Shown here: piece by piece, positions 26,701 through 40,880 of the stretch
Numbering within the stretch: position 1 is the first letter of the stretch
How the letters are laid out: the number at the start of each line of letters is the position of its first letter
NCBI RefSeq assembly: GCF_009914755.1
Contig: NC_060942.1
DNA from: the human T2T-CHM13v2.0 reference genome, Homo sapiens
DNA: 64,000 bases
Direction: 5' to 3' (one strand)
The notes under the pieces: generated by a model
The model's input: the letters and a program-made list of their open reading frames with translations, nothing else
What the model was told of the DNA's origin: nothing
The model's database searches: none
Translations under genes and position numbers: made by a program

Positions 26701-29700
26701 CTTACTCGTGATGTGTGTCCTCAACTAAAGGAGTAGAACCTTTCTATTCATAGAGAAGTTTTGAAACGCTCTTTTTGTGGAATCTCCAAGTGGATATTTG
26801 GCTAGTTTTGAGGATTTCGTTGGAAGCGGGAATTCATACAAATTGCAGACTGCAGCGTTCTGAGAAACATCTTTGAAATGTTTGTATTCAAGACACAGAG
26901 ATGAACATTCCCTATCATAGAGCATGTTGGAATCACTCCTTTTGTAGTATCTGGAAGTGGACATTTGGAGCGCTTTCAGGCCTATGTTGAAAAAGGAAAT
27001 ATCTTCCCATAACAACTAGACACAAGCATTCTCAGAAACTTGTTTGTGATGTGTGCCCTCTACTGACAGAGTTGAACCTTTCTTTTCATAGAGCAGTTTT
27101 GAAACACTCTTTTATAGAATCCGCAAGAGGATATTTGCACAGCTTTGAGGATTTCGTGGGAAACGGGATTGTCTTCAGGTAAAATCTAGACAGAAGCATT
27201 CTCAGAAACTTCTTTGGGATGTTTGCATTCAAGTCACAGAGTAGAACATTCCCTTTGGTAGAGCAGGTTTGAAACACTCTTTTTGTAGTATCTGGAAGTG
27301 GACATTTGGAGCGCTTTCAGACCCATGTTGGAAAGGGAAATATCTTCCCGTAACAACTAGGCAGAAGCATTCTCAGAAACTTATTTGAGATGTGTGTACT
27401 CAACTAAGAGAATTGAACCACCGTTTTGAAGGAGCAGTTTTGAAACCCTCTTTTTCTGGAATCTGCAAGAGTATATTTGCCTAGCCTTGAGGATTTCGTT
27501 GGAAACGGGATTGTCTTCAGATAAAATCTAGACAGAAGCATTCTCAGAAACTTCTTTGGGATGTTTGCATTCAAGTCACAGAGTAGAACATTCCCTTTGG
27601 TAGAGCAGGTTTGAAACACTCTTTTTTTAGTATATGGAAGTGGACATTTGGAGCGCTTTCAGGCCTACGTTGGAAAAGGAAATATCTTCCCATAACAACT
27701 AGACAGAAGCATTCTCAGAAACTAGTTTCTGATGTGTGTCCTCAACTAACACAGTTGTACATTTCTTTATACAGAACAGTTTTGAAACACTCTTTTTGTG
27801 GAATCTGCAAGTGGATATTGGGCTAGATTTGAGGATTTCGTTGGAAACGGGATTACATATAAAAAGCAGACAGCAGCATTCTCAGAAAGTTCTTTGTGAT
27901 GATTGCATTCAAGTCACAGAATTGAACATTCCCTTTCACAGAGCAGGTTTGAAACACTCTTTTTGTAGTGTGTGTAAGTGGACATTTGGAGCGCTTTCCG
28001 GCCTAAGGTGAAAAAGGAAATATCTTCCCATAAAAACTAGACAGAAGCATTCTCAGAAACTTACTCGTGATGTGTGTCCTCAACTAAAGGAGTAGAACCT
28101 TTCTATTCATAGAGAAGTTTTGAAACGCTCTTTTTGTGGAATCTCCAAGTGGATATTTGGCTAGTTTTGAGGATTTCGTTGGAAGCGGGAATTCATCCAA
28201 ATTGCAGACTGCAGCGTTCTGAGAAACATCTTTGTGATGTTTGTATTCAGGACACAGAGATGAACATTCCCTATCATAGAGCAGGTTGGAATCACTCCTT
28301 TTGTAGTATCTGGAAGTGGACATTTGGAGCGCTTTCAGGCCTATGTTGAAAAAGGAAATATCTTCCCATAACAACTAGACACAAGCATTCTCAGAAACTT
28401 GTTTGTGATGTGTGCCCTCTACTGACAGAGTTGAACCTTTCTTTTCATAGAGCAGTTTTGAAACACTCTTTTTGTAGAATCCGCAAGAGGATATTTGCAT
28501 AGCTTTGAGGATTTCGTGGGAAACGGGATTGTCTTCAGGTAAAATCTAGACAGAAGCATTCTCAGAAACTTCTTTGGGATGTTTGCATTCAAGTCACAGA
28601 GTAGAACATTCCCTTTGGTAGAGCAGGTTTGAAACACTCTTTTTGTAGTATCTGGAAGTGGACATTTGGAGCGCTTTCAGGCCCATGTTGGAAAGGGAAA
28701 TATCTTCCCGTAACAACTAGGCAGAAGCATTCTCAGAAACTTATTTGAGATGTGTGTACTCAACTAAGAGAATTGAACCACCGTTTTGAAGGAGCAGTTT
28801 TAAAACCCTCTTTTTCTGGAATCTGCAAGAGTATATTTGCCTAGCCTTGAGGATTTCGTTGGAAACGGGATTGTCTTCAGATAAAATCTATACAGAAGCA
28901 TTCTCAGAAACTTCTTTGGGATGTTTGCATTCAAGTCACAGAGTAGAACATTCCCTTTGGTAGAGCAGGTTTGAAACACTCTTTTTTTAGTATATGGAAG
29001 TGGACATTTGGAGCGCTTTCAGGCCTACGTTGGAAAAGGAAATATCTTCCCATAACAACTAGACAGAAGCATTCTCAGAAACTAGTTTCTGATGTGTGTC
29101 CTCAACTAACACAGTTGTACATTTCTTTATACAGAACAGTTTTGAAACACTCTTTTTGTGGAATCTGCAAGTGGATATTGGGCTAGATTTGAGGATTTCG
29201 TTGGAAACGGGATTACATATAAAAAGCAGTCAGCAGCATTCTCAGAAAGTTCTTTGTGATGATTGCATTCAAGTCACAGAATTGAACATTCCCTTTCATA
29301 GAGCAGGTTTGAAACACTCTTTTTGTAGTGTGTGTAAGTGGACATTTGGAGCGCTTTCCGGCCTAAGGTGAAAAAGGACATATCTTCCCATAATAACTAG
29401 ACAGAAGCATTCTCAGAAACTTACTCGTGATGTGTGTCCTCAACTAAAGGAGTAGAACCTTTCTATTCATAGAGAAGTTTTGAAACGCTCTTTTTGTGGA
29501 ATCTCCAAGTGGATATTTGGCTAGTTTTGAGGATTTCGTTGGAAGCGGGAATTCATACAAATTGCAGACTGCAGCGTTCTGAGAAACATCTTTGAAATGT
29601 TTGTATTCAAGACACAGAGATGAACATTCCCTATCATAGAGCATGTTGGAATCACTCCTTTTGTAGTATCTGGAAGTGGACATTTGGAGCGCTTTCAGGC

Positions 29701-32700
29701 CTATGTTGAAAAAGGAAATATCTTCCCATAACAACTAGACACAAGCATTCTCAGAAACTTGTTTGTGATGTGTGCCCTCTACTGACAGAGTTGAACCTTT
29801 CTTTTCATAGAGCAGTTTTGAAACACTCTTTTATAGAATCCGCAAGAGGATATTTGCATAGCTTTGAGGATTTCGTGGGAAACGGGATTGTCTTCAGGTA
29901 AAATCTAGACAGAAGCATTCTCAGAAACTTCTTTGGGATGTTTGCATTCAAGTCACAGAGTAGAACATTCCCTTTGGTAGAGCAGGTTTGAAACACTCTT
30001 TTTGTAGTATCTGGAAGTGGACACTTGGAGCGCTTTCAGACCCATGTTGGAAAGGGAAATATCTTCCCGTAACAACTAGGCAGAAGCATTCTCAGAAACT
30101 TATTTGAGATGTGTGTACTCAACTAAGAGAATTGAACCACCGTTTTGAAGGAGCAGTTTTGAAACCCTCTTTTTCTGGAATCTGCAAGAGTATATTTGCC
30201 TAGCCTTGAGGATTTCGTTGGAAACGGGATTGTCTTCAGATAAAATCTAGACAGAAGCATTCTCAGAAACTTCTTTGGGATGTTTGCATTCAAGTCACAG
30301 AGTAGAACATTCCCTTTGGTAGAGCAGGTTTGAAACACTCTTTTTTTAGTATATGGAAGTGGACATTTGGAGCGCTTTCAGGCCTACGTTGGAAAAGGAA
30401 ATATCTTCCCATAACAACTAGACAGAAGCATTCTCAGAAACTAGTTTCTGATGTGTGTCCTCAACTAACACAGTTGTACATTTCTTTAGACAGAACAGTT
30501 TTGAAACACTCTTTTTGTGGAATCTGCAAGTGGATATTGGGCTAGATTTGAGGATTTCGTTGGAAACGGGATTACATATAAAAAGCAGACAGCAGCATTC
30601 TCAGAAAGTTCTTTGTGATGATTGCATTCAAGTCACAGAATTGAACATTCCCTTTCACAGAGCAGGTTTGAAACACTCTTTTTGTAGTGTGTGTAAGTGG
30701 ACATTTGGAGCGCTTTCCGGCCTAAGGTGAAAAAGGAAATATCTTCCCATAAAAACTAGACAGAAGCATTCTCAGAAACTTACTCGTGATGTGTGTCCTC
30801 AACTAAAGGAGTAGAACCTTTCTATTCATAGAGAAGTTTTGAAACGCTCTTTTTGTGGAATCTCCAAGTGGATATTTGGCTAGTCTTGAGGATTTCGTTG
30901 GAAGCGGGAATTCATACAAATTGCAGACTGCAGCGTTCTGAGAAACATCTTTGTGATGTTTGTATTCAGGACACAGAGATGAACATTCCCTATCATAGAG
31001 CAGGTTGGAATCACTCCTTTTGTAGTATCTGGAAGTGGACATTTGGAGCGCTTTCAGGCCTATGTTGAAAAAGGAAATATCTTCCCATAACAACTAGACA
31101 CAAGCATTCTCAGAAACTTGTTTGTGATGTGTGCCCTCTACTGACAGAGTTGAACCTTTCTTTTCATAGAGCAGTTTTGAAACACTCTTTTTGTAGAATC
31201 CGCAAGAGGATATTTGCATAGCTTTGAGGATTTCGTGGGAAACGGGATTGTCTTCAGGTAAAATCTAGAAAGAAGCATTCTCAGAAACTTCTTTGGGATG
31301 TTTGCATTCAAGTCACAGAGTAGAACATTCCCTTTGGTAGAGCAGGTTTGAAACACTCTTTTTGTAGTATCTGGAAGTGGACATTTGGAGCGCTTTCAGG
31401 CCCATGTTGGAAAGGGAAATATCTTCCCGTAACAACTAGGCAGAAGCATTCTCAGAAACTTATTTGAGATGTGTGTACTCAAGTAAGAGAACTGAACCAC
31501 CGTTTTGAAGGAGCAGTTTTGAAACACTCTTTTTCTGGAATCTGCAAGAGTATATTTGCCTAGCCTTGAGGATTTCGTTGGAAACGGGATTGTCTTCAGA
31601 CAAAATCTAGACAGAAGCATTGTCAGAAACTTCTTTGAGATGTTTGCATTCAAGTCACAGAGTAGAACATTCCCTTTGGTAGAGTAGGTTTGAAACACTC
31701 TTTTTTTAGTATATGGAAGTGGACATTTGGAGCGCTTTCAGGCCTACGTTGGAAAAGGAAATATCTTCCCATAACAACTAGACAGAAGCATTCTCAGAAA
31801 CTAGTTTCTGATGTGTGTCCTCAACTAACACAGTTGTACATTTCTTTGTACAGAACAGTTTTGAAACACTCTTTTTGTGGAATCTGCAAGTGGATATTGG
31901 GCTAGATTTGAGGATTTCTTTGGAAACGGGATTACATATAAAAAGCAGTCAGCAGCATTCTCAGAAAGTTCTTTGTGATGATTGCATTCAAGTCACAGAA
32001 TTGAACATTCCCTTTCATAGAGCAGGTTTGAAACACTCTTTTTGTAGTGTGTGTAAGTGGACATTTGGAGCGCTTTCCGGCCTAAGGTGAAAAAGGACAT
32101 ATCTTCCCATAAAAACTAGACAGAAGCATTCTCAGAAACTTACTCGTGATGTGTGTCCTCAACTAAAGGAGTAGAACCTTTCTATTCATAGAGAAGTTTT
32201 GAAACGCTCTTTTTGTGGAATCTCCAAGTGGATATTTGGCTAGTTTTGAGGATTTCGTTGGAAGCGGGAATTCATACAAATTGCAGACTGCAGCGTTCTG
32301 AGAAACATCTTTGAAATGTTTGTATTCAAGACAGAGAGATGAACATTCCCTATCATAGAGCATGTTGGAATCACTCCTTTTGTAGTATCTGGAAGTGGAC
32401 ATTTGGAGCGCTTTCAGGCCTATGTTGAAAAAGGAAATATCTTCCCATAACAACTAGACACAAGCATTCTCAGAAACTTGTTTGTGATGTGTGCCCTCTA
32501 CTGACAGAGTTGAACCTTTCTTTTCATAGAGCAGTTTTGAAACACTCTTTTATAGAATCCGCAAGAGGATATTTGCATAGCTTTGAGGATTTCGTGGGAA
32601 ACGGGATTGTCTTCAGGTAAAATCTAGACAGAAGCATTCTCAGAAACTTCTTTGGGATGTTTGCATTCAAGTCACAGAGTAGAACATTCCCTTTGGTAGA

Positions 32701-32899
32701 GCAGGTTTGAAACACTCTTTTTGTAGTATCTGGAAGTGGACATTTGGAGCGCTTTCAGGCCCATGTTGGAAAGGGAAATATCTTCCCGTAACAACTAGGC
32801 AGAAGCATTCTCAGAAACTTATTTGAGATGTGTGTACTCAACTAAGAGAACTGAACCACCGTTTTGAAGGAGCAGTTTTGAAACCCTCTTTTTCTGGAA

Positions 32900-35800
32900 T
32901 CTGCAAGAGTACATTTGCCTAGCCTTGAGGATTTCGTTGGAAACGGGACTGTCTTCAGATAAAATCTAGACAGAAGCATTCTCAGAAACTTCTTTGGGAT
33001 GTTTGCATTCAAGTCACAGAGTAGAACATTCCCTTTGGTAGAGCAGGTTTGAAACACTCTTTTTTTAGTATATGGAAGTGGACATTTGGAGCGCTTTCAG
33101 GCCTACGTTGGAAAAGGAAATATCTTCCCATAACAACTAGACAGAAGCATTCTCAGAAACTAGTTTCTGATGTGTGTCCTCAACTAACACAGTTGTACAT
33201 TTCTTTATACAGAACAGTTTTGAAACACTCTTTTTGTGGAATCTGCAAGTGGATATTGGGCTAGATTTGAGGATTTCGTTGGAAACGGGATTACATATAA
33301 AAAGCAGACAGCAGCATTCTCAGAAAGTTCTTTGTGATGATTGCATTCAAGTCACAGAATTGAACATTCCCTTTCACAGAGCAGGTTTGAAACACTCTTT
33401 TTGTAGTGTGTGTAAGTGGACATTTGGAGCGCTTTCCGGCCTAAGGTGAAAAAGGACATATCTTCCCATAAAAACTAGACAGAAGCATTCTCAGAAACTT
33501 ACTCGTGATGTGTGTCCTCAACTAAAGGAGTAGAACCTTTCTATTCATAGAGAAGTTTTGAAACGCTCTTTTTGTGGAATCTCCAAGTGGATATTTGGCT
33601 AGTTTTGAGGATTTCGTTGGAAGCGGGAATTCATCCAAATTGCAGACTGCAGCGTTCTGAGAAACATCTTTGTGATGTTTGTATTCAGGACACAGAGATG
33701 AACATTCCCTATCATAGAGCAGGTTGGAATCACTCCTTTTGTAGTATCTGGAAGTGGACATTTGGAGCGCTTTCAGGCCTATGTTGAAAAAGGAAATATC
33801 TTCCCATAACAACTAGACACAAGCATTCTCAGAAACTTGTTTGTGATGTGTGCCCTCTACTGACAGAGTTGAACCTTTCTTTTCATAGAGCAGTTTTGAA
33901 ACACTCTTTTTGTAGAATCCGCAAGAGGATATTTGCATAGCTTTGAGGATTTCGTGGGAAACGGGATTGTCTTCAGGTAAAATCTAGACAGAAGCATTCT
34001 CAGAAACTTCTTTGGGATGTTTGCATTCAAGTCACAGAGTAGAACATTCCCTTTGGTAGAGCAGGTTTGAAACACTCTTTTTGTAGTATCTGGAAGTGGA
34101 CATTTGGAGCGCTTTCAGGCCCATGTTGGAAAGGGAAATATCTTCCCGTAACAACTAGGCAGAAGCATTCTCAGAAACTTATTTGAGATGTGTGTACTCA
34201 ACTAAGAGAATTGAACCACCGTTTTGAAGGAGCAGTTTTAAAACCCTCTTTTTCTGGAATCTGCAAGAGTATATTTGCCTAGCCTTGAGGATTTCATTGG
34301 AAACGGGATTGTCTTCAGATAAAATCTAGACAGAAGCATTCTCAGAAACTTCTTTGGGATGTTTGCATTCAAGTCGCAGAGTAGAACATTCCCTTTGGTA
34401 GAGCAGGTTTGAAACACTCTTTTTTTAGTATATGGAAGTGGACATTTGGAGCGCTTTCAGGCCTACGTTGGAAAACGAAATATCTTCCCATAACAACTAG
34501 ACAGAAGCATTCTCAGAAACTAGTTTCTGATGTGTGTCCTCAACTAACACAGTTGTACATTTCTTTAGACAGAACAGTTTTGAAACACTCTTTTTGTGGA
34601 ATCTGCAAGTGGATATTGGGCTAGATTTGAGGATTTCGTTGGAAACGGGATTACATATAAAAAGCAGACAGCAGCATTCTCAGAAAGTTCTTTGTGATGA
34701 TTGCATTCAAGTCACAGAATTGAACATTCCCTTTCACAGAGCAGGTTTGAAACACTCTTTTTGTAGTGTGTGTAAGTGGACATTTGGAGCGCATTCCGGC
34801 CTAAGGTGAAAAAGGAAATATCTTCCCATAAAAACTAGACAGAAGCATTCTCAGAAACTTACTCGTGATGTGTGTCCTCAACTAAAGGAGTAGAACCTTT
34901 CTATTCATAGAGAAGTTTTGAAACGCTCTTTTTGTGGAATCTCCAAGTGGATATTTGGCTAGTTTTGAGGATTTCGTTGGAAGCGGGAATTCATACAAAT
35001 TGCAGACTGCAGCGTTCTGAGAAACATCTTTGTGATGTTTGTATTCAGGACACAGAGATGAACATTCCCTATCATAGAGCAGGTTGGAATCACTCCTTTT
35101 GTAGTATCTGGAAGTGGACATTTGGAGCGCTTTCAGGCCTATGTTGAAAAAGGAAATATCTTCCCATAACAACTAGACACAAGCATTCTCAGAAACTTGT
35201 TTGTGATGTGTGCCCTCTACTGACAGAGTTGAACCTTTCTTTTCATAGAGCAGTTTTGAAACACTCTTTTTGTAGAATCCGCAAGAGGATATTTGCATAG
35301 CTTTGAGGATTTCGTGGGAAACGGGATTGTCTTCACGTAAAATCTAGAAAGAAGCATTCTCAGAAACTTCTTTGGGATGTTTGCATTCAAGTCACAGAGT
35401 AGAACATTCCCTTTGGTAGAGCAGGTTTGAAACACTCTTTTTGTAGTATCTGGAAGTGGACATTTGGAGCGCTTTCAGGCCCATGTTGGAAAGGGAAATA
35501 TCTTCCCGTAACAACTAGGCAGAAGCATTCTCAGAAACTTATTTGAGATGTGTGTACTCAAGTAAGAGAACTGAACCACCGTTTTGAAGGAGCAGTTTTG
35601 AAACACTCTTTTTCTGGAATCTGCAAGAGTATATTTGCCTAGCCTTGAGGATTTCGTTGGAAACGGGATTGTCTTCAGATAAAATCTAGACAGAAGCATT
35701 CTCAGAAACTTCTTTGGGATGTTTGCATTCAAGTCACAGAGTAGAACATTCCCTTTGGTAGAGCAGGTTTGAAACACTCTTTTTTTAGTATATGGAAGTG

Positions 35801-38800
35801 GACATTTGGAGCGCTTTCAGGCCTACGTTGGAAAAGGAAATATCTTCCCATAACAACTAGACAGAAGCATTCTCAGAAACTAGTTTCTGATGTGTGTCCT
35901 CAACTAACACAGTTGTACATTTCTTTATACAGAACAGTTTTGAAACACTCTTTTTGTGGAATCTGCAAGTGGATATTGGGCTAGATTTGAGGATTTCGTT
36001 GGAAACGGGATTACATATAAAAAGCAGTCAGCAGCATTCTCAGAAAGTTCTTTGTGATGATTGCATTCAAGTCACAGAATTGAACATTCCCTTTCATAGA
36101 GCAGGTTTGAAACACTCTTTTTGTAGTGTGTGTAAGTGGACATTTGGAGCGCTTTCCGGCCTAAGGTGAAAAAGGACATATCTTCCCATAATAACTAGAC
36201 AGAAGCATTCTCAGAAACTTACTCGTGATGTGTGTCCTCAACTGAAGGAGTAGAACCTTTCTATTCATAGAGAAGTTTTGAAACGCTCTTTTTGTGGAAT
36301 CTCCAAGTGGATATTTGGCTAGTTTTGAGGATTTCGTTGGAAGCGGGAATTCATACAAATTGCAGACTGCAGCGTTCTGAGAAACATCTTTGAAATGTTT
36401 GTATTCAAGACACAGAGATGAACATTCCCTATCATAGAGCATGTTGGAATCACTCCTTTTGTAGTATCTGGAAGTGGACATTTGGAGCGCTTTCAGGCCT
36501 ATGTTGAAAAAGGAAATATCTTCCCATAACAACTAGACACAAGCATTCTCAGAAACTTGTTTGTGATGTGTGCCCTCTACTGACAGAGTTGAACCTTTCT
36601 TTTCATAGAGCAGTTTTGAAACACTCTTTTATAGAATCCGCAAGAGGATATTTGCATAGCTTTGAGGATTTCGTGGGAAACGGGATTGTCTTCAGGTAAA
36701 ATCTAGACAGAAGCATTCTCAGAAACTTCTTTGGGATGTTTGCATTCAAGTCACAGAGTAGAACATTCCCTTTGGTAGAGCAGGTTTGAAACACTCTTTT
36801 TGTAGTATCTGGAAGTGGACATTTGGAGCGCTTTCAGGCCCATGTTGGAAAGGGAAATATCTTCCCGTAACAACTAGGCAGAAGCATTCTCAGAAACTTA
36901 TTTGAGATGTGTGTACTCAACTAAGAGAATTGAACCACCGTTTTGAAGGAGCAGTTTTGAAACCCTCTTTTTCTGGAATCTGCAAGAGTATATTTGCCTA
37001 GCCTTGAGGATTTCGTTGGAAACGGGACTGTCTTCAGATAAAATCTAGACAGAAGCATTCTCAGAAACTTCTTTGGGATGTTTGCATTCAAGTCACAGAG
37101 TAGAACATTCCCTTTGGTAGAGCAGGTTTGAAACACTCTTTTTTTAGTATATGGAAGTGGACATTTGGAGCGCTTTCAGGCCTACGTTGGAAAAGGAAAT
37201 ATCTTCCCATAACAACTAGACAGAAGCATTCTCAGAAACTAGTTTCTGATGTGTGTCCTCAACTAACACAGTTGTACATTTCTTTATACAGAACAGTTTT
37301 GAAACACTCTTTTTGTGGAATCTGCAAGTGGATATTGGGCTAGATTTGAGGATTTCGTTGGAAACGGGATTACATATAAAAAGCAGACAGCAGCATTCTC
37401 AGAAAGTTCTTTGTGATGATTGCATTCAAGTCACAGAATTGAACATTCCCTTTCACAGAGCAGGTTTGAAACACTCTTTTTGTAGTGTGTGTAAGTGGAC
37501 ATTTGGAGCGCTTTCCGGCCTAAGGTGAAAAAGGACATATCTTCCCATAAAAACTAGACAGAAGCATTCTCAGAAACTTACTCGTGATGTGTGTCCTCAA
37601 CTAAAGGAGTAGAACCTTTCTATTCATAGAGAAGTTTTGAAACGCTCTTTTTGTGGAATCTCCAAGTGGATATTTGGCTAGTTTTGAGGATTTCGTTGGA
37701 AGCGGGAATTCATCCAAATTGCAGACTGCAGCGTTCTGAGAAACATCTTTGTGATGTTTGTATTCAGGACACAGAGATGAACATTCCCTATCATAGAGCA
37801 TGTTGGAATCACTCCTTTTGTAGTATCTGGAAGTGGACATTTGGAGCGCTTTCAGGCCTATGTTGAAAAAGGAAATATCTTCCCATAACAACTAGACACA
37901 AGCATTCTCAGAAACTTGTTTGTGATGTGTGCCCTCTACTGACAGAGTTGAACCTTTCTTTTCATAGAGCAGTTTTGAAACACTCTTTTTGTAGAATCCG
38001 CAAGAGGATATTTGCATAGCTTTGAGGATTTCGTGGGAAACGGGATTGTCTTCAGGTAAAATCTAGACAGAAGCATTCTCAGAAACTTCTTTGGGATGTT
38101 TGCATTCAAGTCACAGAGTAGAACATTCCCTTTGGTAGAGCAGGTTTGAAACACTCTTTTTGTAGTATCTGGAAGTGGACATTTGGAGCGCTTTCAGGCC
38201 CATGTTGGAAAGGGAAATATCTTCCCGTAACAACTAGGCAGAAGCATTCTCAGAAACTTATTTGAGATGTGTGTACTCAACTAAGAGAATTGAACCACCG
38301 TTTTGAAGGAGCAGTTTTAAAACCCTCTTTTTCTGGAATCTGCAAGAGTATATTTGCCTAGCCTTGAGGATTTCGTTGGAAACGGGATTGTCTTCAGATA
38401 AAATCTAGACAGAAGCATTCTCAGAAACTTCTTTGGGATGTTTGCATTCAAGTCGCAGAGTAGAACATTCCCTTTGGTAGAGCAGGTTTGAAACACTCTT
38501 TTTTTAGTATATGGAAGTGGACATTTGGAGCGCTTTCAGGCCTACGTTGGAAAACGAAATATCTTCCCATAACAACTAGACAGAAGCATTCTCAGAAACT
38601 AGTTTCTGATGTGTGTCCTCAACTAACACAGTTGTACATTTCTTTAGACAGAACAGTTTTGAAACACTCTTTTTGTGGAATCTGCAAGTGGATATTGGGC
38701 TAGATTTGAGGATTTCGTTGGAAACGGGATTACATATAAAAAGCAGACAGCAGCATTCTCAGAAAGTTCTTTGTGATGATTGCATTCAAGTCACAGAATT

Positions 38801-40880
38801 GAACATTCCCTTTCACAGAGCAGGTTTGAAACACTCTTTTTGTAGTGTGTGTAAGTGGACATTTGGAGCGCATTCCGGCCTAAGGTGAAAAAGGAAATAT
38901 CTTCCCATAAAAACTAGACAGAAGCATTCTCAGAAACTTACTCGTGATGTGTGTCCTCAACTAAAGGAGTAGAACCTTTCTATTCATAGAGAAGTTTTGA
39001 AAAGCTCTTTTTGTGGAATCTCCAAGTGGATATTTGGCTAGTCTTGAGGATTTCGTTGGAAGCGGGAATTCATACAAATTGCAGACTGCAGCGTTCTGAG
39101 AAACATCTTTGTGATGTTTGTATTCAGGACACAGAGATGAACATTCCCTATCATAGAGCAGGTTGGAATCACTCCTTTTGTAGTATCTGGAAGTGGACAT
39201 TTGGAGCGCTTTCAGGCCTATGTTGAAAAAGGAAATATCTTCCCATAACAACTAGACACAAGCATTCTCAGAAACTTGTTTGTGATGTGTGCCCTCTACT
39301 GACAGAGTTGAACCTTTCTTTTCATAGAGCAGTTTTGAAACACTCTTTTTGTAGAATCCGCAAGAGGATATTTGCATAGCTTTGAGGATTTCGTGGGAAA
39401 CGGGATTGTCTTCAGGTAAAATCTAGAAAGAAGCATTCTCAGAAACTTCTTTGGGATGTTTGCATTCAAGTCACAGAGTAGAACATTCCCTTTGGTAGAG
39501 CAGGTTTGAAACACTCTTTTTGTAGTATCTGGAAGTGGACATTTGGAGCGCTTTCAGGCCCATGTTGGAAAGGGAAATATCTTCCCGTAACAACTACGCA
39601 GAAGCATTCTCAGAAACTTATTTGAGATGTGTGTACTCAAGTAAGAGAACTGAACCACCGTTTTGAAGGAGCAGTTTTGAAACACTCTTTTTCTGGAATC
39701 TGCAAGAGTATATTTGCCTAGCCTTGAGGATTTCGTTGGAAACGGGATTGTCTTCAGACAAAATCTAGACAGAAGCATTCTCAGAAACTTCTTTGAGATG
39801 TTTGCATTCAAGTCACAGAGTAGAACATTCCCTTTGGTAGAGCAGGTTTGAAACACTCTTTTTTTAGTATATGGAAGTGGACATTTTGAGCGCTTTCAGG
39901 CCTACGTTGGAAAAGGAAATATCTTCCCATAACAACTAGACAGAAGCATTCTCAGAAACTAGTTTCTGATGTGTGTCCTCAACTAACACAGTTGTACATT
40001 TCTTTATACAGAACAGTTTTGAAACACTCTTTTTGTGGAATCTGCAAGTGGATATTGGGCTAGATTTGAGGATTTCGTTGGAAACGGGATTACATATAAA
40101 AAGCAGTCAGCAGCATTCTCAGAAAGTTCTTTGTGATGATTGCATTCAAGTCACAGAATTGAACATTCCCTTTCATAGAGCAGGTTTGAAACACTCTTTT
40201 TGTAGTGTGTGTAAGTGGACATTTGGAGCGCTTTCCGGCCTAAGGTGAAAAAGGACATATCTTCCCATAAAAACTAGACAGAAGCATTCTCAGAAACTTA
40301 CTCGTGATGTGTGTCCTCAACTAAAGGAGTAGAACCTTTCTATTCATAGAGAAGTTTTGAAACGCTCTTTTTGTGGAATCTCCAAGTGGATATTTGGCTT
40401 GTTTTGAGGATTTCGTTGGAAGCGGGAATTCATACAAATTGCAGACTGCAGCGTTCTGAGAAACATCTTTGAAATGTTTGTATTCAAGACACAGAGATGA
40501 ACATTCCCTATCATAGAGCATGTTGGAATCACTCCTTTTGTAGTATCTGGAAGTGGACATTTGGAGCGCTTTCAGGCCTATGTTGAAAAAGGAAATATCT
40601 TCCCATAACAACTAGACACAAGCATTCTCAGAAACTTGTTTGTGATGTGTGCCCTCTACTGACAGAGTTGAACCTTTCTTTTCATAGAGCAGTTTTGAAA
40701 CACTCTTTTATAGAATCCGCAAGAGGATATTTGCATAGCTTTGAGGATTTCGTGGGAAACGGGATTGTCTTCAGGTAAAATCTAGACAGAAGCATTCTCA
40801 GAAACTTCTTTGGGATGTTTGCATTCAAGTCACAGAGTAGAACATTCCCTTTGGTAGAGCAGGTTTGAAACACTCTTTTT
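32900..40880 (+). repeat. Tandem 3-HOR duplication (offset 4079 bp)
   Basis: Paired rare variants at 32949/37028, 34240/38319, 34376/38455, 34476/38555 and 34793/38872. Boundaries are approximate. Confidence 0.88.

Noticed and set aside
36161-36532. Longest ORF (123 aa)
   Set aside because: It results from a single A>G change at 36244 that removes a stop codon in one HOR copy; there is no coding evidence.
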